From contig NMRA01000730.1 in NCBI GenBank assembly GCA_002633005.1, forward strand, positions 1 through 64,000: DNA of 64,000 bases, given 5' to 3'. A program made the translations under genes and the position numbers. Under the pieces are notes generated by a model that worked only from the letters and a program-made list of their open reading frames with translations, did not search any database and was not told the origin of the DNA. Of the stretch, positions 15,126 to 27,300 are shown one piece after another. The stretch comes from Phoronis australis. Lineage: Eukaryota > Animalia > Phoronida. Positions within the stretch are counted from its first letter, which is position 1. Each line of letters begins with the position of its first letter.

Positions 15126-16707
15126 TTAAGCGGAGATGTAGCAGTATTCTACTAAAATGGGCCATCTTCTGATTTAGACCAGCAACTGCGTTAAAGCATC
15201 GCAACATCTCCCACACTCAGATTAGAATTGATTTCTCAGGTCTTTAGTTCTTGAGATCAGTCTCATGCACCAGACCCCTGAAATTTAGTCTTGTGTTCTC
15301 AGTTCATAATTAACCTATCGCCAGGATTTTGAGCGACGTCTTAACTGACCAATCAGAACGCATTTTTCTTGACACACCTTCGTTTACAAGACGCCATTTT
15401 AGCAGACAAACAACACGTTGCCGGGTAAAACTTGTTGATTTTTGTCGACTTTACACAAGGGGCGGAGGTTGCGATAGGTCAATTGCTTAAAAAAGGATTT
15501 AGCCAAGTAGCTATGAGTGCAATACAATCTAGAAATAATTTGTTGAAATTATCCTTTTAAGAAGCAGTTACGTGTTTTTTCGCAGAGATTTTGCACCTAT
15601 GCCCACTGAGATTTAACTTTTTTTTTCAGAAAAACTTGTGTGGAGCGTAATGTATAATTTCAATCTTGAGTTTTAAGTCGCTTTTTATGAAACAGATCTC
15701 TGGAATCGAGGAATAACTAAATGACAGTTCAGCCCATGTCAATGTTTCACATCTAATCTGAACGGGAAAATTTAGAGACCAAGTACCTATCGGTGAGCAC
15801 TCAAAGGTGGGTTCTTAGAAGCTTTAAGTCCTCCTTTTATTTGTTTTCAACTCCTGAAAAATGATACCAGAACATTTTCTATTAACCAATAGCAATACTT
15901 TCAAAAGTATGTGCGTGTTTGTATGCGTGTGTGTAAAAATACGTTTAGATTCGCTTAACTTTATATTTAAGACAAAACGTAGCACCATGACATTTGCAGC
16001 TCGGAAAATTGTGAACCCCCTGGAGCTGCATTCAAGAGAAGTTAAAAATTAAAATATTTTTGCAACACAGTAACCACAAGGCAGTTAGTTGTACTACGTA
16101 CTACAATCGAGTAGCCAGACACAATTTGTAGTGGAACACCTCAGTGTATTTTCGTTGTCTCAAATTTGACTTTACGAAAATAGTCGAGGTGTCCCGAATG
16201 TGCAGTGACGCGGGATTTCATTGTGTCCGGTTAAAGCTGCATTTTCCCCCGTTAACCTGGTTAAAACAAATACTATTGATATCTTAACCGACATGCTTTG
16301 CGATTAAAAACATTACCACGCTGATCCGATCTTGAACTGTCGCCGAATAAGCCGGCAACTCAAGTCACAGGCAATGAGATTGGTCATTTTCGAATTTGAA
16401 ATTTTTCGGTTGGCCAACTGCAGTAAACTCCAACTGAAGCTTTTTCTTGGATTACTGATGGTTTCGATGTTCTTGGTGGTAACGGAAATAGAATTCTATC
16501 AAGGTAAGATATGCATGCATGAGTGTAAAAGGCTGAATTCGATTTTTTTTTCTCCAACTAAACGGGGCTGAACCGGACTTTACGAATTGTTTCGAAAGAA
16601 GACATCATTTTGAAATTGGGTAACGTGAAAACAATATTTCGAAACGCAATACTTGTTAAGCTCGATTCCAGGGTATTTAGTACGGATGGAAACGATTTTG
16701 GTCAGAA

Positions 16708-17720
16708 CTATGAAATTTTCAAGTAATCCACATTCTGGGCTAATTTAGCACATGGAATATCCCACATAGGCGCTATACATGGAGTCGTCTCCATGGCAGC
16801 ACCATTCGCCATATTCCAAGCGTAGATCTTCTGCTTTGCTTTTGTCAAGCTACGCTTTTCTATGGTTACTTCCCGAGGTTGGTGTCCGGCAGACTTAACA
16901 CGCAATGCATGACTTGTGTCGTTTGGAAATATAAAACCCGATGACGCTTCAACGTGTCCATAAGATGGCGTCGAGAATGGCCGCTGCCGTGCTTCCGGAA
17001 TAATCCCATGCTTACACGGACTTGTGAGAATTCTGTTGGCGAATACTTCCGGTAAAACAAGAGGTTCACTAGCATTAGAGGCTTCAACGGGCTTCGGCAG
17101 TTTCTTTGTCCGACTTTTTTGAGCTTTTAATTCTGTTTTATGAGAAACAGGTTCAAAGGTTATAACCTTAGTCCTGTGTTTATTGCCACTATCGCCGCTG
17201 TTTCCTGTTGGAGGAGATTTTTGTTTCTTAGGTTTGTCGCGATCCTTCTTAGCACTCGCTCGTCTACTGCCCCGGGAGTTCCGATCTTTGACTGGGGCTA
17301 CCCTGAGTTTGTCAGAGATGTCATCAGTTAAAAACTGTTTAACAGAGACCTTCTTCTGACGCATTGGTTTGTCTTCGTATTTTTGCTCAATCGACTCTTT
17401 TGCTTTTCGTAAGCTCTGACTAAATTGCTTTGCCGCCTGTTTACTGATTGACCTGCTACTAAATTCACTGCCGTACACGTTCGTTCCAGTGATCTCGGCA
17501 ACAATACTTAAACTGCGCCCTGAGTTTTTGTTGCTACACTCATAGCGCCTGGGGCTTTCAACCTTCGCAACGGCTTCCATTTCCTCAATGAGCTTTTCTG
17601 GGTCACACGGCACCAATTCCTCTTCAAGTGGGATCTCGTCACGCGACGGGATTTCACGAATGCTGACAAGTTCTTCATCTGTAAGAGGAAAGCTAACTCG
17701 CTTTTTGAGTTTGGAGTGCC
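16708..17720 (-). CDS. Large terminal coding exon of the RVxF-containing uncharacterised protein
   Basis: The 302-aa ORF in the track extends open upstream to a good acceptor at 17721-17722. An alternative in-phase acceptor exists near 17680. Confidence 0.8.
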
Positions 17721-20700
17721 CTAGATTGGAAGAAATAAAGCAATATTACATCAAATTGAAGTAACTCAGAGGTCAGCGATTGGCTTAAATCACAATGCAA
17801 GCCACAGACCTACATTTAACTTACAATTACCAACAAAAAGACACCTCAGTACCCAACAACTAATTATGACACGTGGATATGCTGCCTCGTTCGATTTTCG
17901 GCGATGTACGCATAATGTCAACTTTCACTTTGAATATTTAAGCGGTTATTAACCTGCCTTCCATCCCAATGAATTTTTTTTTTATTTTGACCACTATAGC
18001 TTAAAATGGCTTTAGTATATTCTTTTGAGTCAAAATAGATGTGAATTCCTAGCTTGAAAAGAATTAGTAGTCTTTTATTGTTTAATATTAGGCTCTAAAC
18101 TTTGACTTGTGTCGGCGTAGTGTCATTTTTATTCGCCGAACATGATTTTGAATAATTATAACGAACTGACACTTCTCATCTGAGAAAGGAACACGATCAG
18201 ACCAGGGGAGCGTTACTGAACACAGGGGAGCTATCTATAGCTATGATTGGTCAAAATCGATAGTTAGTTTTTTTACGGAGACGGGTTTACAGCAGTTAAA
18301 ATGCTACCGCCCACTGACAGTGACTGGGTTATTTTTGAATTTTATAACTCAGCAGGCACCGATGTAGAGTGAAGTGAAAGAGCCATTGTTTTCAATAGGC
18401 CCATTCTGAGTTGGACTCTTCTCTTTCTCGGAGGTTTAACTGAAAAATGTACTACATGACTGACCGGCTACTTTTCAAGATGTCAGACAGTCCTGAGTTG
18501 ATCAAAATCGCAAGAACAGAACAATGCATATTCAGCACTGATATCTGTCATTTTTGCCAATTTCGTGGCATCAGCATTGCAACTCAATATACAGTGCTGC
18601 ACGCTTGCCTCCATTACAATTGCTTAGTAATTAGAATGAAGGAGTTAGTGACTGGTAGCACGTGAAGAAGCGAGACAAGTGCTTGACATGTGTGTTGCAT
18701 TATGGGAATGAGAGAGGTGCTGTTTTGTTTCAGGACAATCCTATTAGGGCCAACAATGATATTGATCAGGCAATATAGAAATGGAGACAATAGTCAAAGG
18801 GAAAAATAAATCACACAATTACATGTATTAACTCAGAGCGAGTGTCTGTCAAGCTATCCTGCGGAAAATGCGGTCGTGTTTTGATCAATGGTTGGGTGGA
18901 CTGCTACCGATTTTCTCTATACTGTCCTAAAGTTATACGCCCTAGTTAATCATTATCATCACACAAGTGCCTTTTTATCGTGTTTTGTGGAAACAATTAC
19001 ATGACAGTAGATTTGGATTTAATTACAACAATAAAAACATTTTCTTTGACCTCACTAATCTACTTTTCAGTGGTGTTACTTAAAATGAAATCCACGTCAC
19101 ACTAGAGTGACTGCCCATGTGTTTTTGACGTGTAAATCTATCTAATCAAAACCTTGAACGAGCATTTGTACTCTGATTGCACCCCATGCCATTTATAATG
19201 TACAGCAACTGAGCATTACCAATAATTATCATTGATTACTTGTCGTAATCAATGACTCGGTGAAATGATTTGAGGTTCACCACAAAAAAATTACACCACA
19301 GGTACAGAAGTGAATTAAGCCAACTAATCGGCAATGTTGAATCAGTGGTGGTTTTACCTCTACGGTCTCTGGTAATAACAATACTCTTAGTTTTTTAATA
19401 CTTTCTCTTCATGAAACTTTAATTGTGTAAACGCGTCCGGCGCGAGCACAAAAATGTTGTGGACGTAAACACGTGCACACGTGTTTTTATGGCTATGGTG
19501 ACTTAGATCTTTTTGTTTCCGAACATTACAGTTTGACTCCAATGTCAAATGTCAGGGATATGTACTTTGAGAAAAATGTGTCGACCAATTTCCGCTTGGT
19601 TCCAAAACAGATACAATGTTACAAAATTACACTCAATATCTTTAAATTTTGACACCGATCGAGTTTTGTATTATTATTTTAAAGTTCTCCTATTCCACGT
19701 TTTACGTGTTCACGTTTTACAAACATCGTCATCAACGTTCTAACACAGTTAAATTGTTTTTAGAAAAGTAGCCTCTCTTTCGCTGGTACCCGGGGTAGAG
19801 TTAATAAGTTGCTGCCGCGGGTACAAGAGTACATCTCTCCAAAATCTGGCTATGACGTAACATCTGCTTCAATTCTGTGTTGGGAAATCGTCTACGTCAT
19901 TATGTTTTGTAGCACATCAGTATAATCTGTGTTCACTCATCATTTTATGAAAAGAACTTCCCATACCTCTCCTTGGAAGATCAACACAATACATGAGATA
20001 CGAATTAGAACAGCCATTTCAAAAGCTTTTAACAAAATTACATAGTGTAGAAAAAATATTCCAGCCTCGTTACTTATCTCCAATTCATGCCCGCCGCTTA
20101 TTTATTGAATGTTGAATACACTTGACAACTGGATAGGGAGAGATTTCATTTTGGTTTGGCTGAGAGAAAACCTAATTTGAAACCAAAACCGGTGCGTTTC
20201 AAAAATTATAGTTTTCGACATTTCACAGTGACATCCACAGTTAAAAGTGGTGCTCAAAAATAGATAATTATGCACCTTATTCACACAGCCGGAATTTTAG
20301 TAGTGAGCCTTTTTTTAGGTTTTAAAAACATTGCATTCTGCACTTAATGACAGCGCAAATCGTAATTTTTTCGCGTGCCTCGTAATATTTATGTCTCAAT
20401 TGCATGTTTTTTTAAACCTAAAAAGAGGCTCATTACTAAAATGGTGACTGCATGAATAAGGTGTATACACATAATATATCACGTAAAGATATAGGAATAA
20501 GAATAAAAGAAACAAAAATTACATTGCTGTTTAACCGACTTCTTACGTGAAAAAAACATAAAATGTGTTATTCTGTTAATCTTAGAACTTCCTTTCAAAA
20601 TTGTGAAATATAAATCTGAATTTACTACGTCACAACCTTTTTTCTCATTAACATTTGAGATGTTAACAGGAACTAAGGTTAAATCTTAGGATGTTCCCCA

Positions 20701-21215
20701 GTTCATCGTTTTTGGCTTACGAATGGAGAGTCGATCAATTTGCGAAATAACTCTGTATAGATTCTAATAAAAACTTATGTGAACCGCTTTATAAATGTAG
20801 CACGCTGGCAGAGTCTTCTTACTTACCGTGTTCCGGTTATAAAATTTCATCAATAGTTTTTTGTTTTGTCTGAAACGAAAATTCTCCCTGTACTAGATCG
20901 TTTGAAAAAAGAAATTCCAGTTAACTTCCAGATTGCGTTTATTGGTTGCTATCTGTATTATGATCCCAATGGCCATTTGTGTATCGCGCGTTTGTGCTAT
21001 ATACAACTTGCTAAATTCATTTAGCGATGTGGTGTCTACTTACCTCTTTCGTGGCACTGTTCCTCTGGATCCGTCAGTGGACTCACTGACTTCAGACTTT
21101 CAAAAGGTGTCACGCTCTTGTCTACGAGTGTCCAGGTCGACAAGGTCTCCACGGGCGACGTGCACGTGCTGGATGCAGAGTCGGAATCCGTGGACATCTC
21201 TGCTCCCTGTGTCAT
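16708..21215 (-). CDS. Two-exon gene (21215-21044, 17720-16708), ~394-aa basic/Ser-rich, probably disordered protein with an RVxF motif
   Basis: Exon 1 MTQGAEMSTD...EEQCHER ends G|GTAAGT (phase 1); the acceptor TTTATTTCTTCCAATCTAG|GG (phase 1) opens a 1013-bp frame to TAG at 16708. Contains KLKKRVSFPLTDEELVSIREIPSR. Confidence 0.75.
20271..20465. mobile_element. Palindromic MITE, TA-flanked
   Basis: ~70-bp imperfect inverted arms (TGCACCTTATTCA...TAGGTTTTAAAAACATTGCA / TGCATGTTTTTTTAAACCTA...TGAATAAGGTGTA). Confidence 0.65.
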
Positions 21216-22780
21216 CCCGCGTCCAGGATCCGATTGTGACTAGCAGCTGTTATCGTCAACCAAAACTACTACTGTTTGTTGTCGATAACCTTATTGGCAT
21301 AGCACTGGTTATCGATTTGTATTTTCTATAGTAAGGCGCGCCGAAATCATCTGATCGTGGTGAAGTTCAATCTAATATCCCTGAACATCGCCCTCAGTAG
21401 TTATGGCGCCCGCGACAACTCGTCGTCATTTATATATAGCCTCTCGTGTCCAACTCATAAACTTTCAGTGATATTTGCTTATCAAGCTACGTTATCACGT
21501 TTCTGAAGTCTCCTATGAGTTCTAAAGCACGCATCTGTACGCTTAATACACATTGTAAAATCCCGCTTATCTTACATCTCCGACTTTCAATGTGGTTTAC
21601 GTTACAAAGCTCGAAGTTACAATACTAGTAATTTTGGTTGCTACACTAGGCTTTTCATTATCCATCATGCCCTCACGACCCCTTTTAGAAATTACGCATT
21701 CGATTGCGAATTCAAACCTGTTGATCGTCTCAAAGGCAATACAAAAGAACTTGAGTAGTTCACCCGTTCACGCACAATAGGCTTGTTATGTGATTTTGCT
21801 GACAAATAGGCCTGCCATTTCAGTTATGACACAAAAACAGGTTCTTTGTAATATAATAACACACTCCTTGTTGGTGTCTATTCGGGCATACGTGCAAAAA
21901 TTTGGTGGTTGAAAAATTGAGACCCAATATGGATGATAAAAAATATTCTCATAAAATAAAATTGTTTAGTATAAATTGACGGCGACCTTGCAGTAAGGTG
22001 CCTCATGAACACTGTCTCGATTGAATAAGTTATTAGCATCCACAAAAGGAGGGCTTTTGCCACTTTCGCCAATGAAAATATCTCAGTATCTGCAGTTCAA
22101 TATAAGCTACTTCTGAAGAAAAATGAAAACTTTAACTATCTTATTCACGTCTCACATATTTTATAGCGAACTTTTGTTGCCTGTGAGTAATGATTTTTTC
22201 AGTGCGTACATTATTTCTTATTAAATATCTAACTTCATATCGGAGAAATTTTTGTGCTTTTTGAAAAAAGGCGAATTCAATACTGGGTTGCAATTTATGT
22301 AATCAAATATAAAATTGCCAGTACTGAGAAGAAAATGCGGTGCTCCTACTAATGTTTCGTACTCGCTGATATTTTTCCGAGAATTAAGTCATAAAAAGTG
22401 GTTTAAATGATTCGTAATCTCAATGACTTAAATACCTTCAAGAATTAGTGTACTTGTAGATGTTTACAGACTGTGTGTGAGAGAAAACAGCCAAGCTAAA
22501 ACAAGCCGGTTGCATTTATTTAAACCAGGAAGACAAGTACCAAATGTTACAAACAAATGAGCTTTTACGTCTACTTTAACCAGCTGACTGCTTAGCAAAA
22601 ACAAAATTTTGCACGCGTTTATTAGTTAAGTCAAGGGGTTGTGATGGTTGAATGATTCCTCGTAACAATGGCTCAATTCTGAAAATTAAAAATTAATCCA
22701 TACCATTCAAGGATTGTACATTCGTTAATAAATGTTGGCAAAAATGACTCTAACCACACGGAGATAAAAAATGAAATAAT

Positions 22781-22909
22781 GTCACGTGACCGCCGACTTG
22801 GAAATTCCCAGTCGACAGGTGGCGAGACTGGCGCTATCGGGCTTAGTCGCGTAACCGGGAAATTCCCACATCTCACAAGAAACAGGAACAGAGCGTCTTG
22901 AAAGTAAGG
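22781..22909 (+). promoter_or_regulatory. Probable promoter and non-coding first exon of the UBL/death-domain gene: E-box, two NF-kB sites, splice donor
   Basis: GTCACGTGAC at 22781-22790; GGAAATTCCC at 22800-22809 (reverse complement GGGAATTTCC); GGGAAATTCCC at 22857-22867; donor AAA|GTAAGG at 22904. Confidence 0.6.
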
Positions 22910-23969
22910 CAAGATTTCGGTGCATTTTTACCACCAAAGCCCAAGAAACTGGCGGCGATGCTTGGGTTCGGCGCTACTTCGGTGCTGTGTTTCCTGTGCC
23001 GATGACAGCCACAACTGAAGGCTCTGTATAAAATTGACGGGACCCCACCACGTAGTCATCGCATAGGGGCCTTCGTCAGTAGGCCTATCGACCGAAGAGT
23101 GTGTATAATGTAGGATCCCGGAGATACAAAAATGTGGCGATCGGAGGGAGGGGGGAGGCGTAGATTTAAAATTGTGGCGACCAGGAACTAATCAGTTATA
23201 GAGGGGCACAATTTTTACGAGCCACTTTTCAGTTACACTTGTGTGTATGGCCCTTGATGTTGTCCCGGGAACCGCCTCTGTAGGCCTTCCCATCACGGAC
23301 TTTCTCACTAGAGCCGGTTTAGTGGCAAAGTGTGTTCTCTTGCCAGGTATCGTCTCCAGTGGATATTTGGTACTCGTGTACTCAGTCGCGAACAGGCCGA
23401 TTCATCTTGCACTTAGGGTGTAACATGCAGTGGCGATAGCGAGCCGGTGAGAAAGTTTTGACCTGGCCCTCAAAGCTCACTGCAGGGAAGAGATCTCTAA
23501 TAAGAGAGGGGCGCCGCCAACTTGGGTTGGACCTTTTCTAACCGGCACTATCGGATGGAAGATGGTAAAACAAGTCATCAAAAGTGGGGATCGGTCGGCC
23601 AAACGGATTTTACCTTTTTTCCACTTGAGTGAGGAGCCCAGTTCATATACACCCTATCTTCCCAAGCCTAACAACTATGCCAGTTTTCACTAGACAATAC
23701 GCGAAACGACCTGTCCCAATTACGGTAATTCTTCATTTAATTTGCACAAAATAATCATTCCAATATTGTCATTTTCCCAATTCCAATTTCCAATTTTCTA
23801 AGGCTAAACTACCATGCTGCAAGCAATGGAAACTTAACCAAATGTTATTTTATCACATCCACACAGTGCAAACCAGGCTAATAATAGGCAAAATATTCTT
23901 AATCTTTATCTTGTGCAGTAATTTGACAAAATAGTATTTAACTTGCCGGCCATGTTATGTGCTAAACAG

Positions 23970-24119
23970 CCTCCCGTTCAGTAACGCTAGGACCTCGCTA
24001 AAAAGCAAAACTTCGTGAGATTATGTGCGATATGGCCGTGTAATTTAAATGAAAACACGTGACTTTGGCTAAATTTTAGCTAGATCCTAGCGTAGGTCCT
24101 AGCGTTACTGAACGCACGT
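23970..24119. mobile_element. MITE family B (PIF/Harbinger-like, CAG TSD)
   Basis: Inverted repeats CGTTCAGTAACGCTAGGACCT / AGGTCCTAGCGTTACTGAACG with CAG on both sides; a close copy is at 54931-55076 and a diverged inverted copy at ~39488-39605. Confidence 0.8.
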
Positions 24120-24311
24120 CAGGTAAAGAATTACAGTAATGGCCAGGTCCCTCATTAGTTCGGCCTACTCAGGTACGGTCCATCGCGTCTCTTTACGATG
24201 CCCAGCGAATATCGTTTGAAGTGGAACTTTGTGCGTTTCTCACGCCAGCCGGTTGGTGACATGTGCACGGTGTCAATTTGTACCATGACCAGTTGAGCTT
24301 GTATTTACAGT

Positions 24312-27300
24312 ATGACAAGCGTGGGCACTGAACACGAGAGAGACGACGAAAGCGACACCAGTGACAGCGACCAAATGGACAAAGAATTAATGGGAAATTT
24401 GCGTAGTCAGGACGATGTCTTGAAAACGACGGATTCAGGAGTCGGGGAGCAGCTTGTTATTGAACGAAACCAATCAGATGCTGAGTATTATGATGCATCT
24501 GACCGTCTCGAACATGAGTCCATGAATCATCTCCACGATGAAGAAGGTAGGGTCCATAACTGCAAATAAGCGTCGCACTTACGAATACCGTTCAAAACGT
24601 TCGGAGTTTTACCCGACCAAAAGCAAGAACTTTTTTAATGGTTCTTATTCATCAATAGTCCTTTTACGAGTTAATAACAATAACGCGAAATTCTGTGAGA
24701 CTCAACTGTGAAGTCACCGGAAGTAGGGCAAAAACTTGTCGTTTGGCCATTTGCCCCATACGTTAGTAGAGTGTATTCTGTTCAGTTTACTTCGAGTTTT
24801 TAATTTTTTAATGCGAAAAATGCCAAACAAGCATTGCTGTTTTGGGAAATGTAACTCAGATTCTCACTACAATACGTCCCATCTCGTTCTCTACTAGTTT
24901 CGTCCCCGGTATTTTAAACGGGCGGTAGGCGAAATCCGCACAGTGATTAAGAGTGTTCACCTCGTAAAAAATACATGAAACGTCCATAGACGCTTTGCTC
25001 AGAGTTTAAAATTGGGTTGCTTCATACAGTTGGCTACGCATTAATTACTTTAAACTTTGCATCAAGCAATTGTTCCACTATAGTACTACTTCATTAACAG
25101 GACAAGATGATAGTGCCCGGCGCTTTGGTGAACGCCAACTCGCCAAATGCGACTAAGCGAAAATCTCAAGTCCGTTGCCAAATTACGTGCAGTAGGCCTA
25201 CCTCTCCCATTTCTTTCGCAGCCAAACAATTCCGACTTTCTTCTGTTTACGTGATGTTGTAATTTGAGCCCCTGCTTGACATGTGCTGAATGGTCAGAGC
25301 GGCAAATGCACTGATTTCACGAAATAAACGGAACAATTGTGAACCAATTGATTCCAGCAAAAATATTATTAATTATTATTCAAACTTAGGAAGTCACCAC
25401 AGATTTTGAAGGGAATTTCGGGAGAATTATTTTCTGACTTTGCTACTCGCTGTGGAGACTTGGAATATTTCCACGGGTCGCCAAATACAATCTGAAGTCG
25501 CCAAATCGAGCACTGAGATATTTATCAGTGGCTTTATGTACGGAATCCATAGCATTTCCCTTCAAATTGTGAACTGCCGTGTACGTGCGTATTTAGACCC
25601 TTGCGCCTGTATGTGACGTTTCGTTGAAGCCAATATGTGAAACGCTGAAAACCAAAGAAAATTTTTTAAAGATGAATTATGACTTATTGACTAAAAAATG
25701 GCACACATTGATGTGTAATTCTAAAATGGACAATACACTCAGTAAGACATTTACATCAGCAGGGTGGGCATTCACGTGGGTTTATGGGAAATTCGTGATT
25801 AAAATATTCAAAATCATCTTATTTTGGAGAGAGGCCCGTAACATATATCTACGATTACAAATGTCATTAGGCTTCTCAAAGATTATATTGGGATGCCCGC
25901 ATCAGCGGAAAGTATAGTATAGAATTTTGAATATTGAAGGAATTTTTCCCCAGTAAAACATTTGTATTTTCTGGGCTAGACAAAAGTCGGGCGTCGCAAG
26001 CTCGTTTCCAGAGATAAAAAGGAGAGGAAGGATGGCATAAAATTGTTCATTAGTTATGACTGACTACAATCTGAGTTGTACAATAAAATGTAACGTGAAA
26101 TACCCTTGAGAAGGGGCTGCAGTGGGAAGGAAAAACGGAGAACTCGCACGTCTGTGTTGCAGGAATAAAGAAATAGCAGTGAAACGTGATAGTAAGACTA
26201 AAAGAGATCCCTAAGGTCACGTGACAATTATGGGCATGAGAGCCGTGAGCTGACCAAACTCTAAGCCCATGGACGATAAGTCAATCGGGAGGCTGGTAAC
26301 AATTATAATCCTGCACATAAAATCTAGGGACCAGGCCAGATGTTGAAAGGGGTATAATGTTGGTGTGTCCACATAAATATATTAAACGAGTAAAAGACTG
26401 CACTTGCTTGACTTCGAAGGTATGGCTGGTCAACCGCCTGAGACTTAATTCCGATTGGTTTACAAGTCGGAAGTCGTCATATAAAGCCAATCAGACGCTT
26501 TAATCGGTTGACCCGACACCTGACTAAGTCAATCAGGAGCAGCCACTGATGTTGAAATACAGCATACTAGAAATGATGTGTACATGAATACGTTTGGTAT
26601 TTATGTTTAGTAAACTGACAACGAACCGTGTTTCAGAGTCCTTCGAAATACGACACAGAACTCAAAGTGGTGAGCGCATAGTGTGGCGAGGTCAAGGTAA
26701 TTAACTGTAGGGGGGGGGGGNNAGGGGGGGATTTTTACTTGAAATCAAACTCACAATTATTTGTTGTTACATTTTCCGTTCCACTTTTGTGCGAGCGCAC
26801 GATAAGTGCGTGTCTCTGATCTTGTACTTGAGTATATTATGGTTTACGTGGATGACTGTCTAATCCTAGTTTGCACTTGATGACCTCAACGTTAAAGCCA
26901 TAAGCAGGGACCTGAACTCGAAATTTCGAATTTTTATTTAAAATTTCAATTTTGTAGTTAAGGTTGCAGCTTAAAGCTAGGGGTCAATAAATGCGAACTT
27001 GGACCAGGCCTACTAGATGCTCATCTCAGTGCGTAATCCTATTATATGCGAGCACTCAAAAATAAACACTTTTCCAAAGCAGAACTTAAAAGTTACCCGC
27101 TGGTTCGATTTTGAGTACAGAGATTAGAAACCAGGCCCTGGTGACGTATCTCTTAGATTTCTAGTTTGAGGTAACCTTGGGGTAACATGGAAAATAAATC
27201 TGAAACTAAAAGAGGCAATCCAGATCCTTTAAAGAATACTATTATTTGACGAAATGTAGTCTATATATATGTATATATGTATATGTATATATCAAAGTAA

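Noticed and set aside
20827-20870. Small minus-strand exon candidate (MKFYNRNT, donor GTAAGT)
   Set aside because: Its open frame ends in phase 0, incompatible with the phase-1 acceptor at 17720; at most a non-coding or NMD exon.
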